Notes under the pieces: model-generated
The model's database searches: none
What the model was told of the DNA's origin: nothing
Seen by the model: only the letters and a program-made list of their open reading frames with translations
In this document: piece by piece, positions 30,497 through 40,600 of the stretch
Position numbering within the stretch: position 1 is the stretch's first letter
Layout of the letters: each line of letters starts with the position of its first letter
Program-made: the position numbers and the translations under genes
Source of the DNA: an uncultured delta proteobacterium
GTDB taxonomy: Bacteria; Desulfobacterota; Desulfobacteria; Desulfobacterales; JAFDCJ01
Assembly (NCBI GenBank): GCA_963769935.1
Contig: CAVYNY010000005.1
Location: forward strand, 1 to 55,164
Length of the DNA stretch: 55,164 nt
Direction: 5' to 3'

Positions 30497-32239
30497 ATGC
30501 AGACAAAATTGGGGGGGATCTTCAATATTATCTTATGCGTAGCTGCCGCTTTTATCTTGGCGGTGCCGGCCTGGGCCGGCGGTGAGGTTTTTGTGGTCGG
30601 CGCCAATTCATCCGGCGACGCCAATTACATGGGCAGCAATGATGACGGTTCGTTATTTGCAATGGAGATTTTGCAAATCACCAAAAATAGTGGAATTACG
30701 GCGTACCCGCTAACTTTCGGCAACGGCCTCGGCGATTTCGACAATGACGGCGAATATGACTATATTGTCGGCTTAGGGTATGGCGGCGGCTCCATTTATA
30801 TCTCCAAAAAGCTTGGGGCCGGCAATAAGTTTGCACCGCCGGTAAATGTGGCCTCCTGGAACGAGGGCTATTACCCCATGGACATGGCGGTGGCAGATTT
30901 TAACGGAGACGGCAACCAGGATTTTGTCATGTCCTATATGTACAGCCCTAACAGCGGACTTTATCTGGGCGATGGCAAATTCGGATTCACCTATTCCGCC
31001 TTGGCAAATACTGCACCCAGCTATTCCGCCGGTATCGATGCCGCCGATTTTAATGGGGACGGGCGTGCCGACTTTGTGGTTGCCCCGAATTCTGCCGAAC
31101 AGATTTATGTGAACCTCAACAACGGCGACGGAACCTTTACAACATCAACCTTCCCAACCCATGACGGCAATGCAGTTTACGGGATTGCGGCGGCTGACTT
31201 TAACAATGACTATATTGTGGATATCGCGACCGCCAACTACGATTATCTGATTATATACACGGGCAAGGGGGACGGAACGTTTGAATGGTCGGGCTCGTAT
31301 GAGTTCGAACTGAACCAATCAGCGATCGACAACTATGACTTTGACGGTGACGGTAATCAGGATCTGGTAGCTGCCAATTTCGGCTCCGCCATTGACGGTG
31401 TAGCAGTTCTAATGGGCAACGGTGACGGTACTTTCACTCTGGACGCTATATACGCCGGCAACGGCTCGTCCCTGAATGCTGTTACGGCCCCGCCCTATGA
31501 GCCACCATCAAACCTTGAACCGGTGGCCGTCCTGGATCCCATTACTCTAGAAGCTACGGCGGGTGAGGTAGTTGAGTTCGATGGTTCCAAATCTTATGAC
31601 GAAGACGGCGAAATTGTCGGCTACCAGTGGGATTTCGGGGAAGCAAATCAAGCCGCTGCTGCTGATTCTGCACCAAATGAGAAAGGTGTCGAGGTCGGCG
31701 CCGCAGCCCTCCAAACGCACGTCTATAATGAAGCCGGCCAATATTTCGTCACGCTGACGGTAACCGACGATAAAGGCGCCACGGCCAGTGTTCAAGCGGA
31801 AGTTCAGGTAGCGGCCGCCCCATCGGTTTCGGTCAATGTCGCTTTTAATCCGTACACAATCAACCTGAACAGCAGGGACAAATGGATCACGGCCACTATT
31901 CGAGTGCCCGCCGGCTATGATGCCAGACAGATAGATGTGCCCAGTCTGCAGATTGTTTCGGATGGTGGAACTGCCATAACTGCCTATACAGTTAGAAGAA
32001 TCGGGTTTTTCCATAAGTTTTTCAGAAAATATGACAACAAGCACACGCTCACCGTCAAATTCCAGCAGCAGGAAGTCAGCAAGGCGTTGGCCGGGGCTTC
32101 AGGCCAAACGCTCCTGAAGGTGGCAGGCAAAATGAACAGCAATGGAAAATTAGTGGACCTCTCAGGCGGTGGGAAGATACAGGTCATCGGGAAGCATAAG
32201 ACACCAGTCCATCATGGAAATAAGCACGGATGGAAATAA
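30497..32239 (+). CDS. Secreted FG-GAP/VCBS-repeat beta-propeller + PKD domain protein
   Basis: Signal peptide ending AWA; repeated DF(N/D)xDG..D motifs; PKD FDGSKSYDEDG..YQWDFG and VTLTVTDDKGA; GGAGG RBS. Confidence 0.9.
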   Translation: MQTKLGGIFNIILCVAAAFILAVPAWAGGEVFVVGANSSGDANYMGSNDDGSLFAMEILQITKNSGITAYPLTFGNGLGDFDNDGEYDYIVGLGYGGGSIYISKKLGAGNKFAPPVNVASWNEGYYPMDMAVADFNGDGNQDFVMSYMYSPNSGLYLGDGKFGFTYSALANTAPSYSAGIDAADFNGDGRADFVVAPNSAEQIYVNLNNGDGTFTTSTFPTHDGNAVYGIAAADFNNDYIVDIATANYDYLIIYTGKGDGTFEWSGSYEFELNQSAIDNYDFDGDGNQDLVAANFGSAIDGVAVLMGNGDGTFTLDAIYAGNGSSLNAVTAPPYEPPSNLEPVAVLDPITLEATAGEVVEFDGSKSYDEDGEIVGYQWDFGEANQAAAADSAPNEKGVEVGAAALQTHVYNEAGQYFVTLTVTDDKGATASVQAEVQVAAAPSVSVNVAFNPYTINLNSRDKWITATIRVPAGYDARQIDVPSLQIVSDGGTAITAYTVRRIGFFHKFFRKYDNKHTLTVKFQQQEVSKALAGASGQTLLKVAGKMNSNGKLVDLSGGGKIQVIGKHKTPVHHGNKHGWK

Positions 32240-32317
32240 ATTTTACAGCTATGGGGGGGGCATGGAGGAACCACCCATTGCTCTATTAACCAGGCTTAAG
32301 ATTAACCAAGCCACATC

Positions 32318-32352
32318 CACGAGGGCAGAACCGATTCGGTTCTGCCCTTGTG
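32318..32352. terminator. Hairpin between convergent genes (probable terminator)
   Basis: CACGAGGGCAGAACCG-ATT-CGGTTCTGCCCTTGTG, a 16-bp stem with one G-T pair. Confidence 0.65.
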
Positions 32353-32395
32353 ACTTCTCCGGACAGGAAAAGCACGTCTTCCTAACCTTAATGAT

Positions 32396-32848
32396 TTAAG
32401 TCGACCCTTTATTTAACTCATTGTTGACTTTCTGGAGCAGCCACTCTCGAGCCAGCTTTGCAAATCGAACCAGATCATCCATCTCTTGCAAATTTTTGTA
32501 AACCTCATTCCAATTTACACCAAGGTACTCGTGAACGAGGATGTTACGGAAACCGGCTATGGGTGCAAAATTGCGAGCAAATTCTTCAGGCAGCACGTTC
32601 AGCTCGCCCAGGCGAATAAAAGCTTCATAAAAATCCTGGGGCTTTTTAGCCTTTTCCAACGAAATGATTCGATTGCTGATATCTATGCAACATTGCGCCG
32701 CAATTTCAAGATTACGCTCAACAATATCACGCAAAAAAGGATCTTTATCAAATTCAGAGCGCGGCTTATTCCTGAGAGGTTCTAATCTTGACAAGCGTTC
32801 GTGCAGTTCGTCCAAACGCTTCTCTATACCTGTGAATTCTGGCCTCAT
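32396..32848 (-). CDS. HepT-like HEPN (DUF86) RNase toxin
   Basis: IVERNLEIAAQCCIDI; GFRNILVHEY (Rx4H). Confidence 0.92.
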   Translation of the reverse strand: MRPEFTGIEKRLDELHERLSRLEPLRNKPRSEFDKDPFLRDIVERNLEIAAQCCIDISNRIISLEKAKKPQDFYEAFIRLGELNVLPEEFARNFAPIAGFRNILVHEYLGVNWNEVYKNLQEMDDLVRFAKLAREWLLQKVNNELNKGST

Positions 32849-33260
32849 ATTCTCCTCCTCTCAGAACATCATCCCTCTGGGCTCTCAGCACCGGTAAATA
32901 GTCAAAATAAAGCCCCATGACCTTCGCTTCATATTCAATCCGTTCTGCGTCGCCGCGCTGGTATAAGAGTTGTCCACGACTGATGACGGCAAAGGCCAAA
33001 TCAATGGGAGCACGATTTAACAGTACGATATCTATTTTTGCCGTCACAATTCTTCGACCCAACTCAAATGCAAGCCGCGAACGTATATAAGGACCGGATT
33101 CAAGTTCATCCACCAGCACACCAAGATCGTAATCGCTAAGAGGCCCGACATGTCCGTCTGCCTGTGATCCAAACAGATAGACCAAGGTAATTTCCGGCAT
33201 ATACTGCAAAATATCTGGTATGGTTGTTCTCAGAATCTCTATACTTTTATGGTTTTGCAT
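32766..33260 (-). CDS. MntA-like minimal nucleotidyltransferase antitoxin (type VII TA)
   Basis: YLFGS-X10-DYD; lies upstream of and overlaps the HEPN gene. Confidence 0.9.
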   Translation of the reverse strand: MQNHKSIEILRTTIPDILQYMPEITLVYLFGSQADGHVGPLSDYDLGVLVDELESGPYIRSRLAFELGRRIVTAKIDIVLLNRAPIDLAFAVISRGQLLYQRGDAERIEYEAKVMGLYFDYLPVLRAQRDDVLRGGEYEARIHRYREAFGRTARTLVKIRTSQE

Positions 33261-33613
33261 GGCGACTTATTTATTCGGGAATTTTGAAATTTTGAAAAAT
33301 GTACAATTTTGCGGAATCTTAACCTTTTCTGCTATTAAAGTCAAAAAGGACTTTTAAATGAACTTTCTTTGATTCCTGTCATATCAACCGGCTGCTTCGC
33401 GGCCGGTTGCAGGTTCCACGATAAAAATACTGACGTCTTCGTGCATTTTCCCGCCTGAAGCCAGGATAATTCAAGCGACCTGCTAGGCTGGTGGTCGTTG
33501 ACCCCTTTTCGACAAGTTTCTTGACAATAGCACAGTCTGTTTACTATATTTTCAATAAGTTGCAATTTTTGTGAAATTTTAATAGTTAGCTTCTAATATG
33601 GCGATTTTGTGAA

Positions 33614-33832
33614 ATGGATATTTTATCAGACATTGCTGATATTTTTAAAAGTGAAATTGCAGACAAACATCCTGGAGCCCCCATCGTCGCAGTGTATTTG
33701 TTTGGATCTTTTTTAAAAACCAAAATCAGCAAAAGTTCGGATAATGACTTTGCTCTTTTTTTAAAAGAAATCAAGCAAAACTATCTTAACGAAGCAGATC
33801 AAGAGGCTGAAAGCAGCAGTTCATCGGATTGA
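33614..33832 (+). pseudogene. Truncated minimal nucleotidyltransferase remnant
   Basis: VAVYLFGSFL...SDNDFA, then non-homologous sequence; no partner HEPN gene. Confidence 0.6.
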
Positions 33833-34029
33833 CCGGATTATTTTCCTTCAAATTATTCAGATGCGACTTCTTTGACGGACGATGCGGCTCCGCGCTTGGC
33901 TGCTTCTAATTGTGGTAAATAATTTGCAGTTACCTCATCACTTTAGCCTTGAGTTCTTCTTTGTGCCTGATTCTCTATGCTCTTAACCCCTGCCCGCTTC
34001 ATTTTCCTTCAACTTTATATCTTATAATC

Positions 34030-34164
34030 TTATTTCCCCTTGTGCCGAACGCCGAAGACCGAAAACCGATTTTTTATTCCTTTGACCTTTGATCTTTAAA
34101 CCTTATACCCTTATTTCCCCGTGTGCCCAACACCGAACGGCGAAAGCCTATTTCTTATTCCTTT
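34030..34164 (+). repeat. Tandem ~81-bp-period duplication carrying the GCC-heptad motif
   Basis: TTATTTCCCC..TGTGCC.AAC.CCGAA...CGAAA.CC.ATTT.TTATTCCTTT at ~34030 and ~34111. Confidence 0.8.
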
Positions 34165-34181
34165 CACCATGATCTTCCCTC

Positions 34182-34208
34182 TAAACTAATCAAAATATAA
34201 GCCGATAT
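34182..34208 (+). promoter_or_regulatory. Sigma28 (FliA/SigD)-type promoter upstream of pilY1
   Basis: TAAA-N15-GCCGATAT, matching the consensus. Confidence 0.65.
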
Positions 34209-34557
34209 ATGCATTGTGGTAACCATCCGCAACAAACAACACCCAATCAACAATTTAACCGCGGGCTTGCGGACAAGCAGCAATTTCGACTTTATGGGAA
34301 GAATGTACATTGCTCAACGAGTTTGTATCAAGAGCGGATGAACTAAGAGTCAATCTTAAAAAATTTAATAGTAATGAAAACAATTTAATATCCGATTCAT
34401 TTAATCCGGCATCGTGTTTACCACGTCTACAGGATGGATAGCGAAAAATCGATGGCGGATATAGTTATATAACTAATTTAAATAATACTAATTTTTGTAA
34501 TTACTGAAAGAATATGAGCCCAACTGATGGTTCCTGCGCAGGCGCTTGATATCCGGC

Positions 34558-34573
34558 TGGCATGTAATTTGCT
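34558..34573 (+). promoter_or_regulatory. Sigma54 (-24/-12) promoter upstream of pilY1
   Basis: TGGCATGTAATTTGCT with exact GG-N10-GC spacing. Confidence 0.7.
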
Positions 34574-34688
34574 CAAATCCGTGGCGAGACGAGATGAAAC
34601 TAACGCCGGAGGCTGCAACTCGAACCGCCCGGCACGCAGATATGCCATAAAAACGAATAAAAATAGATTGGAAAGTGGGGAAATACTG

Positions 34689-37600
34689 ATGGGTAATCCG
34701 AATAAAACGAATCGCAACACAGAATATTCAAACCATTTGAAAATATCAGCAGTCGGACTTCACGGCAGAAAATCCGACGTCGGCTGCCAATCTTTGCTGC
34801 GGATAATGCTGGTCTTCTGGTTGGCGGCCGGTTTTTGCCTGGCAGCCGGTCAGAACGCCGTTGCGGTGCCGACCCAACTGGGGAGCACGGTTGCCGTCAA
34901 CGGCATTACCTTGCACGGCAATACCCTGTCTAATTTCACTATCAGCAGCGGTTCGGACCGGATTTTAATCGTTACGGTGGATGACGAGGAACCGACCCAC
35001 GTAACTTCGGTTATGATGGGTTCTGTTGCCATGACATATGTTGGTGGGCAAATCGCCGAGCCCGGCGGCACCGGCAACACCACCTCGATGTGGGTGATCC
35101 TGGACGAGGATCTGCCGCCGGACGGCGCTTACGACATCGTGGTCACCGGCGGCGATAAGCCGTCGGTGGCGGCCATGCTGTGGTCCGGCTTGCGCCAGGA
35201 TGTTCCCGCAGGCAGCGCCATCGCCGGCACCGGGCAGGTCGGCGGCAATCAGATCACCACCAGCGTGGTCGCACCGGAGGCCGATTCCCTGGTGGTGGGC
35301 ACCAGCGGCCACGGCGCCAACGATGGATGGGCCACGGCCCCCTCGGGCTGGACGCGGCAGTGGGATGTTGAGCCCAATAGTGCGCATCATGCCGGTGCCA
35401 CCCGAATTCCGGCCGTCGCGGGATCGATTTCCCTTACTGAAACCTGCGGCGGCACCGGTGATTTTAACCGCGCGGCCCAATTCGTGGCAGCCTTTGCCCC
35501 GGCGCTGAGTGGACCGCCAGGCTGCCCCACCTGCGGGTTTCACCGCGCGATCACCATCCCACCCGCCAGCCTGAGCGACAACTGCGGCGCGGATGTGGCC
35601 AACTTTCCGGTGTTGATCTCCATTGCAAATGACAACAATTTAAAGCTGGCCACCAACAAGGTGCAAAGCAGCAGCGGGTATGACATCGCATTTACCGACA
35701 GCAGCGGCAACGCCCTCTACCACGACCTGGAACTGTACGACGGTACGCTTGGAACGGTGGTGGCCTGGGTCAAGGTGCCCACCCTGGCGAGCAGTGCCGA
35801 CACGGTCATTTACATGGTCTACGGCGACAGCTCGGTCAGCACACCCACAGCCGTGCCGCAAGGGGTATGGGCATCCGGCTACCGGGGCGTGTGGCATATG
35901 AAAGAAAGCCCGGGAGGATCCAACGACATACAGGACAGCACTTCCAACGCCAATCATGGGACCTCACACAACATGTTCGGCAACCGGACCTCCGGCAAAA
36001 TCGGCTACGGCTTAGATTTCGACGGCACCAGTGATTACATCGTGGTACCGGATGCCGCCAGTCTGGATGCTCCGGCCGAACTTACCTTAGAGGCCTGGGT
36101 TAAATTGGCCAATGCCGGCAACGACCAAAAGATTGTCGGAAAAACAGATCTCCCTCAATACGGCCCTTTGCTGGGAGCATTAGGCGGACTCAGACCGGAA
36201 TTTTGGAACAGTTCGCACACAAATTACTCGTTTAATTCCGGAACCATATCATCAAACCAATGGGCACATCTGGCGGTTACTTGGAAAACAAACGGCAATA
36301 TGATCGGCTATATTAATGGAAATCAGGTAAACAGTATCTCAGCCGGCAGCAACAATCTTGGAACGAATGACAGCAGTCTGATTATCGGGGCCGCCCCCTG
36401 GGCTCCCGATACCCTTGAGGTCGACGGGGTATTAGATGAAATACGCATCTCCAGCGCGGTCCGCGACGCCTGCTGGATTGGCACCGAATACAACAACCAG
36501 AACAACCCGGGAACTTTTTACAATCTGGGCACCGAAGAACAATTGGGGGATCACACCATCACGGCCACTGCCGATGAAAACGGGTTGATTTCGCCGAACG
36601 GCCAGGTGTCGGTGGTTGACGGTGCCGACCAGACTTTCACCGTCACACCGGATCCCGGCTACCAGGTCAGCGAGGTGTTAACCGAGGACGGAGCGGTCAC
36701 CCTGACCAACGGCCAGTACACTTTTTCCAATGTCTCCGACGATCACACCATCTATGTGACCTTTAACATGGTGGAAGGCGAGTTCGACTGGTCGCAAGGC
36801 AGTTTTGACTATCGCAAGCAGGTCAGCATCAGCGCCGACATGCTGCCCGACTCGAGTTGTCCGTCGAGTCTGGCCAATTATCCGGTGCTGATCAAGATCG
36901 AAAACGACAGCGACCTAAAGGCCCACGTGCAAAACAGCGCCGGCTACGACATCGTGTTCAAGCTGGGCGACGGCACGCCGCTCAACTACGAGGTTGAGGA
37001 CTATGATGCCGCCACCGGTTCACTCGTGGCCTGGGTGCGGATCCCGACGCTGTCGAATACCACCGACACCAACATCTACATGTACTACGGCAACACCTCG
37101 GTCAGCAGCGCCCAGGGCGGGTCCACCTGGGTGTGGGACTTTGCCAACTACGAGGGGGTGTGGCATTTAAACGAAAGCCCAGGCGACAACGTGGCCGCCG
37201 GCCATAAAGATTCCACCTCCAACGCCAACCACGGCACGGCCATGGATTTTCACGACGGCGGCGGAGGCAGCACCGCTGTGGCGGGTCTGACGGCCGGCGC
37301 TGACCGTTTTGTCGACGATCAGAATGACCGGGTGGTGGTGGCAGACGACGACACTCTGACGCTGGCCTCGGATTTCACCCTCGAGACCTGGGTCAAATTC
37401 GACTCGATCTCCACCGACCAGCATCTGCTTTACAAGCAGCATTCCAGCTCTCCTTATTTCAGCTATTTTCTTTACGTTATGGGCGATCACCAGCCCGCCC
37501 TGCTCTGGAACAACAACAGTTCGCAGCAAACCACGCTGACGCTTTCAACCGCGGTGGACACCGGCCATTGGTATTATCTGGTGGCGGTCAAAGACGCCGG

Positions 37601-40600
37601 CAGCCTGCGGATCTATTTAAGGGGCAACGGCGCCCAGGGGTCAAACAGCACATCGGTTACCGGCGCGACCTATGATGCCAACACGACGTTGAACATCGGC
37701 GGGCAGTGGTCGGGCGGCACCGGCCTGGACGGTCTCATGGACGAGGTGCGCATCTCCAGTGTGCCGCGCACGGTGTGCTGGATCGACACCTCTTACAACA
37801 ACATGAGCTCTCCGCACACCTACATCACGGTGGGCGGCGAAGAGGGCCAGGGGGACACCTACACCATCACCTCTTCGGCCGGCAGCGGCGGTTCGATCAC
37901 GCCGCTGGGCACCGTCACGGTGGCCGAAGGCGCCGACAAGACCTATACCGTTTCAGCCGCCTCCGGCTACCAGGTGGATGAGGTGTTAACGGATGAAGGA
38001 GCGGTCACCCTGACCAACGGCCAGTACACCTTTGCAAACGTCACCGGCCCGCACACCATCACGGTAACTTTCGTGTCAGTCGCGGGGGACTATGGCTGGG
38101 ACGGCGCCGGCAGCTTTTTGTTCCGCCGGCCGCTGGTCATCGATCACACCAAGCTGGGCGGAAGCTGCGGGGCGGATGTGAGCAACTTTCCGGTGCTGGT
38201 TCACACCGGCGGCGATGATAATTTAAAGAGTCCCAGCCCGGGGCATGTGGCAAACCAGTCCGGCTACGACATCATTTTCAAGGACGCAGACGGGGTGCTG
38301 TTGGCTCATGAGATCGAATCCTACAACAACCTGACCGGTGCGCTGACGGCCTGGGTGCGGGTGCCCGGCATCTCCCGCAGCGCGGACACCACCATCTACA
38401 TGTATTACGGTAATTCATTGATCGATTCACCCACCGAAAATCCTTCCGGTGTGTGGGATGCGAATTACAAGGGTGTGTGGCATTTTGATGAAAACGCTTT
38501 AAACGGAACCACCGGCGAAGTGAAAGACAGCACTTCGAACGCGAAAAACGGCACTTCGCATTCCATGACCGCCGCCAACCTGATAACCACCGGTCCCATT
38601 GGGCCCGGTTACAATTTTATTTTAGGGGGCCACGATTACCTGGATGTTCCCGACGACGACGGAGATTTGGCACCAGCTAATCTGACGGTCGAAACCTGGA
38701 TCCAGATCAATGCAGGATGGGGCTATAATGATAAAATTTTGAAGAAGAAAGTCAATTGGAATGATACGACCGGCTGGTTTTTTGAATTAAAAAATCAATC
38801 GCAAGACCCGGATATCAACTTCATGGGCAGCGGAGGCACCAATTCGAATCTGAAGGTGGGCTGGACCCAGGGCAGCTGGCATCATTTAGTGTTTACCGTT
38901 GTCGATAACGGCACCAACGCGACGGTCACGCCTTGGTTGGATGGAACCAAATTAAGTAGCGAAGCAGCCGCCATCGATGATATTGAGCCAAACAGCGGTG
39001 TGCGGCTCGAGATTGCCTATGATGAGGGCGGTTATGTTCCGGTCGCTTTAGACGATTTGAAAATTTCCGATACGGTTCGTTCGGACTGCTGGATCGAAAC
39101 CGAGTACAGCAACCAGAACGATCCTTCGGCCTTTATCAGCCTGGGGGGCGAGGAGGCCCAGGGGGCCACTTACACGATTACGGCCTCGGCGGGGGCCAAC
39201 GGCAGCATCTCGCCGGCGGGCGCCGTCACCGTGGCCGAAGGCGGTTCCAAGACCTTTTCTCTGGTGGCCGACGACGGCTATCAGGTGGACACGCTGGCCA
39301 TCGGCGGCGCTGCGGCGCAGTCCTATGCCGGAGCGCAGTACCTGTTTACCAATGTGACGGCCAATACCAGCATTGCCGTCACCTTCAAAGCGGTGGTGGC
39401 CGAACCTCCGCCCGAACCCGATGTGCCGCCGGGCTGTTCGAAAAATGTCGCCTATGACTACTCCGGGGGCTTTGACACGGAGAATTTGACCGTTGTCAAC
39501 GCCGATGTGGACGATGACGGCTATGTCACGCTGAACACCGGCAACCAGGCCATCGACCCGGAAAATATCGTGATCCCCTTCCGGCAGGAGGTGGCGGTTT
39601 ACTTCTTTTACGAAGGTGCGGGCTACAATGAGTCCGACTTCGGCTGGATGTTGGCCAGCGGGGGCAGCGACGGCACCAATCACGAAGTATATCAAGAAAT
39701 CAACGACAACAATGACAACGGGGTGCTGGATATAAGCAAATCCAGCACCGCCAACCGTTATGGCGACGTCAACGGCGACGGGGTGGTCAACGCGCTGGAC
39801 AACCGCCAGGTGTTGGGCACCTTCGATGCCGGCACCGAGCTGGTATTCTACCTGAAGGTTAATAATGAGAACAAAACCTATTACAGCAAAACGGCCTGGA
39901 ACCCGGACACTTACGCTGGTCTGTGCGATTTTGCCGACTGGTCTACCAAAAAATACTGGCTGGGTCTGGAGAACAACTCCGAGGGCGTGTGCAATGTGGA
40001 GAGCAACTGGATGACCGCCAGCGCCATTGCGCGGGCGGGCACCCTCTTTGGTCTGGCCTTCGCCGCTGACGACACCTCCAGCCTGCAGATCAAAAACGGG
40101 GAGAAGTTCTCCCACGTGATCGTGGGCGCGCCGGCCAGCAGACCCAACGCCTGGGTGCTGGGCTGGGAAGACTACTATCGGGGCCTCGACACCGATCACA
40201 ACGACATGGTTTTTATCATCGAGCGAGAGACCGGCGGCACGGTGCAGCTCAAGCCCGAGGCTGCCATCAAACCCTCGGGTGACGACGACAACATCAACGG
40301 GGTGACCATCGGCGTGTGGGACTTCATGCCCTGTCCGGGCGAGACCGACATCACCTATTATCTGTCCATCGATGCCGGTGCACACTGGGTGGAGGTCACC
40401 GGCTGGGACGAGGTTTACGAGTACACCATGGTGGGCGATGGGCGCAAGTTTTTAGGAGATGCGGTCACCAACTGGACCCCGGGCATCCCGAATTACACCT
40501 ACCGCACCCGGCGGGTGGATTTTGCCGGCCTGGGGCTGAGCGGCAAGGAATTGATCTGGCGGGCGGACTTAAAAAGCCAGCAGGAAGGCTGCGAGCCCAA

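Noticed and set aside
33440..33505. IS200/IS605- or HEARO-like end (GTCAACGACC..., CCCGCCTGAAG)
   Set aside because: Only short partial resemblance, with no complete hairpin and no tnpA/tnpB/iscB.
34030..34164. Possible CRISPR mini-array
   Set aside because: There are only two degenerate units, the spacer is low-complexity, and no cas genes are present. It belongs to the heptad repeat family.
34527..34688. ORF-track starts for pilY1 (34527), crotonase (9924) and fimT (43132)
   Set aside because: These extensions overlap promoter or repeat DNA and lack an RBS; downstream ATGs fit better.
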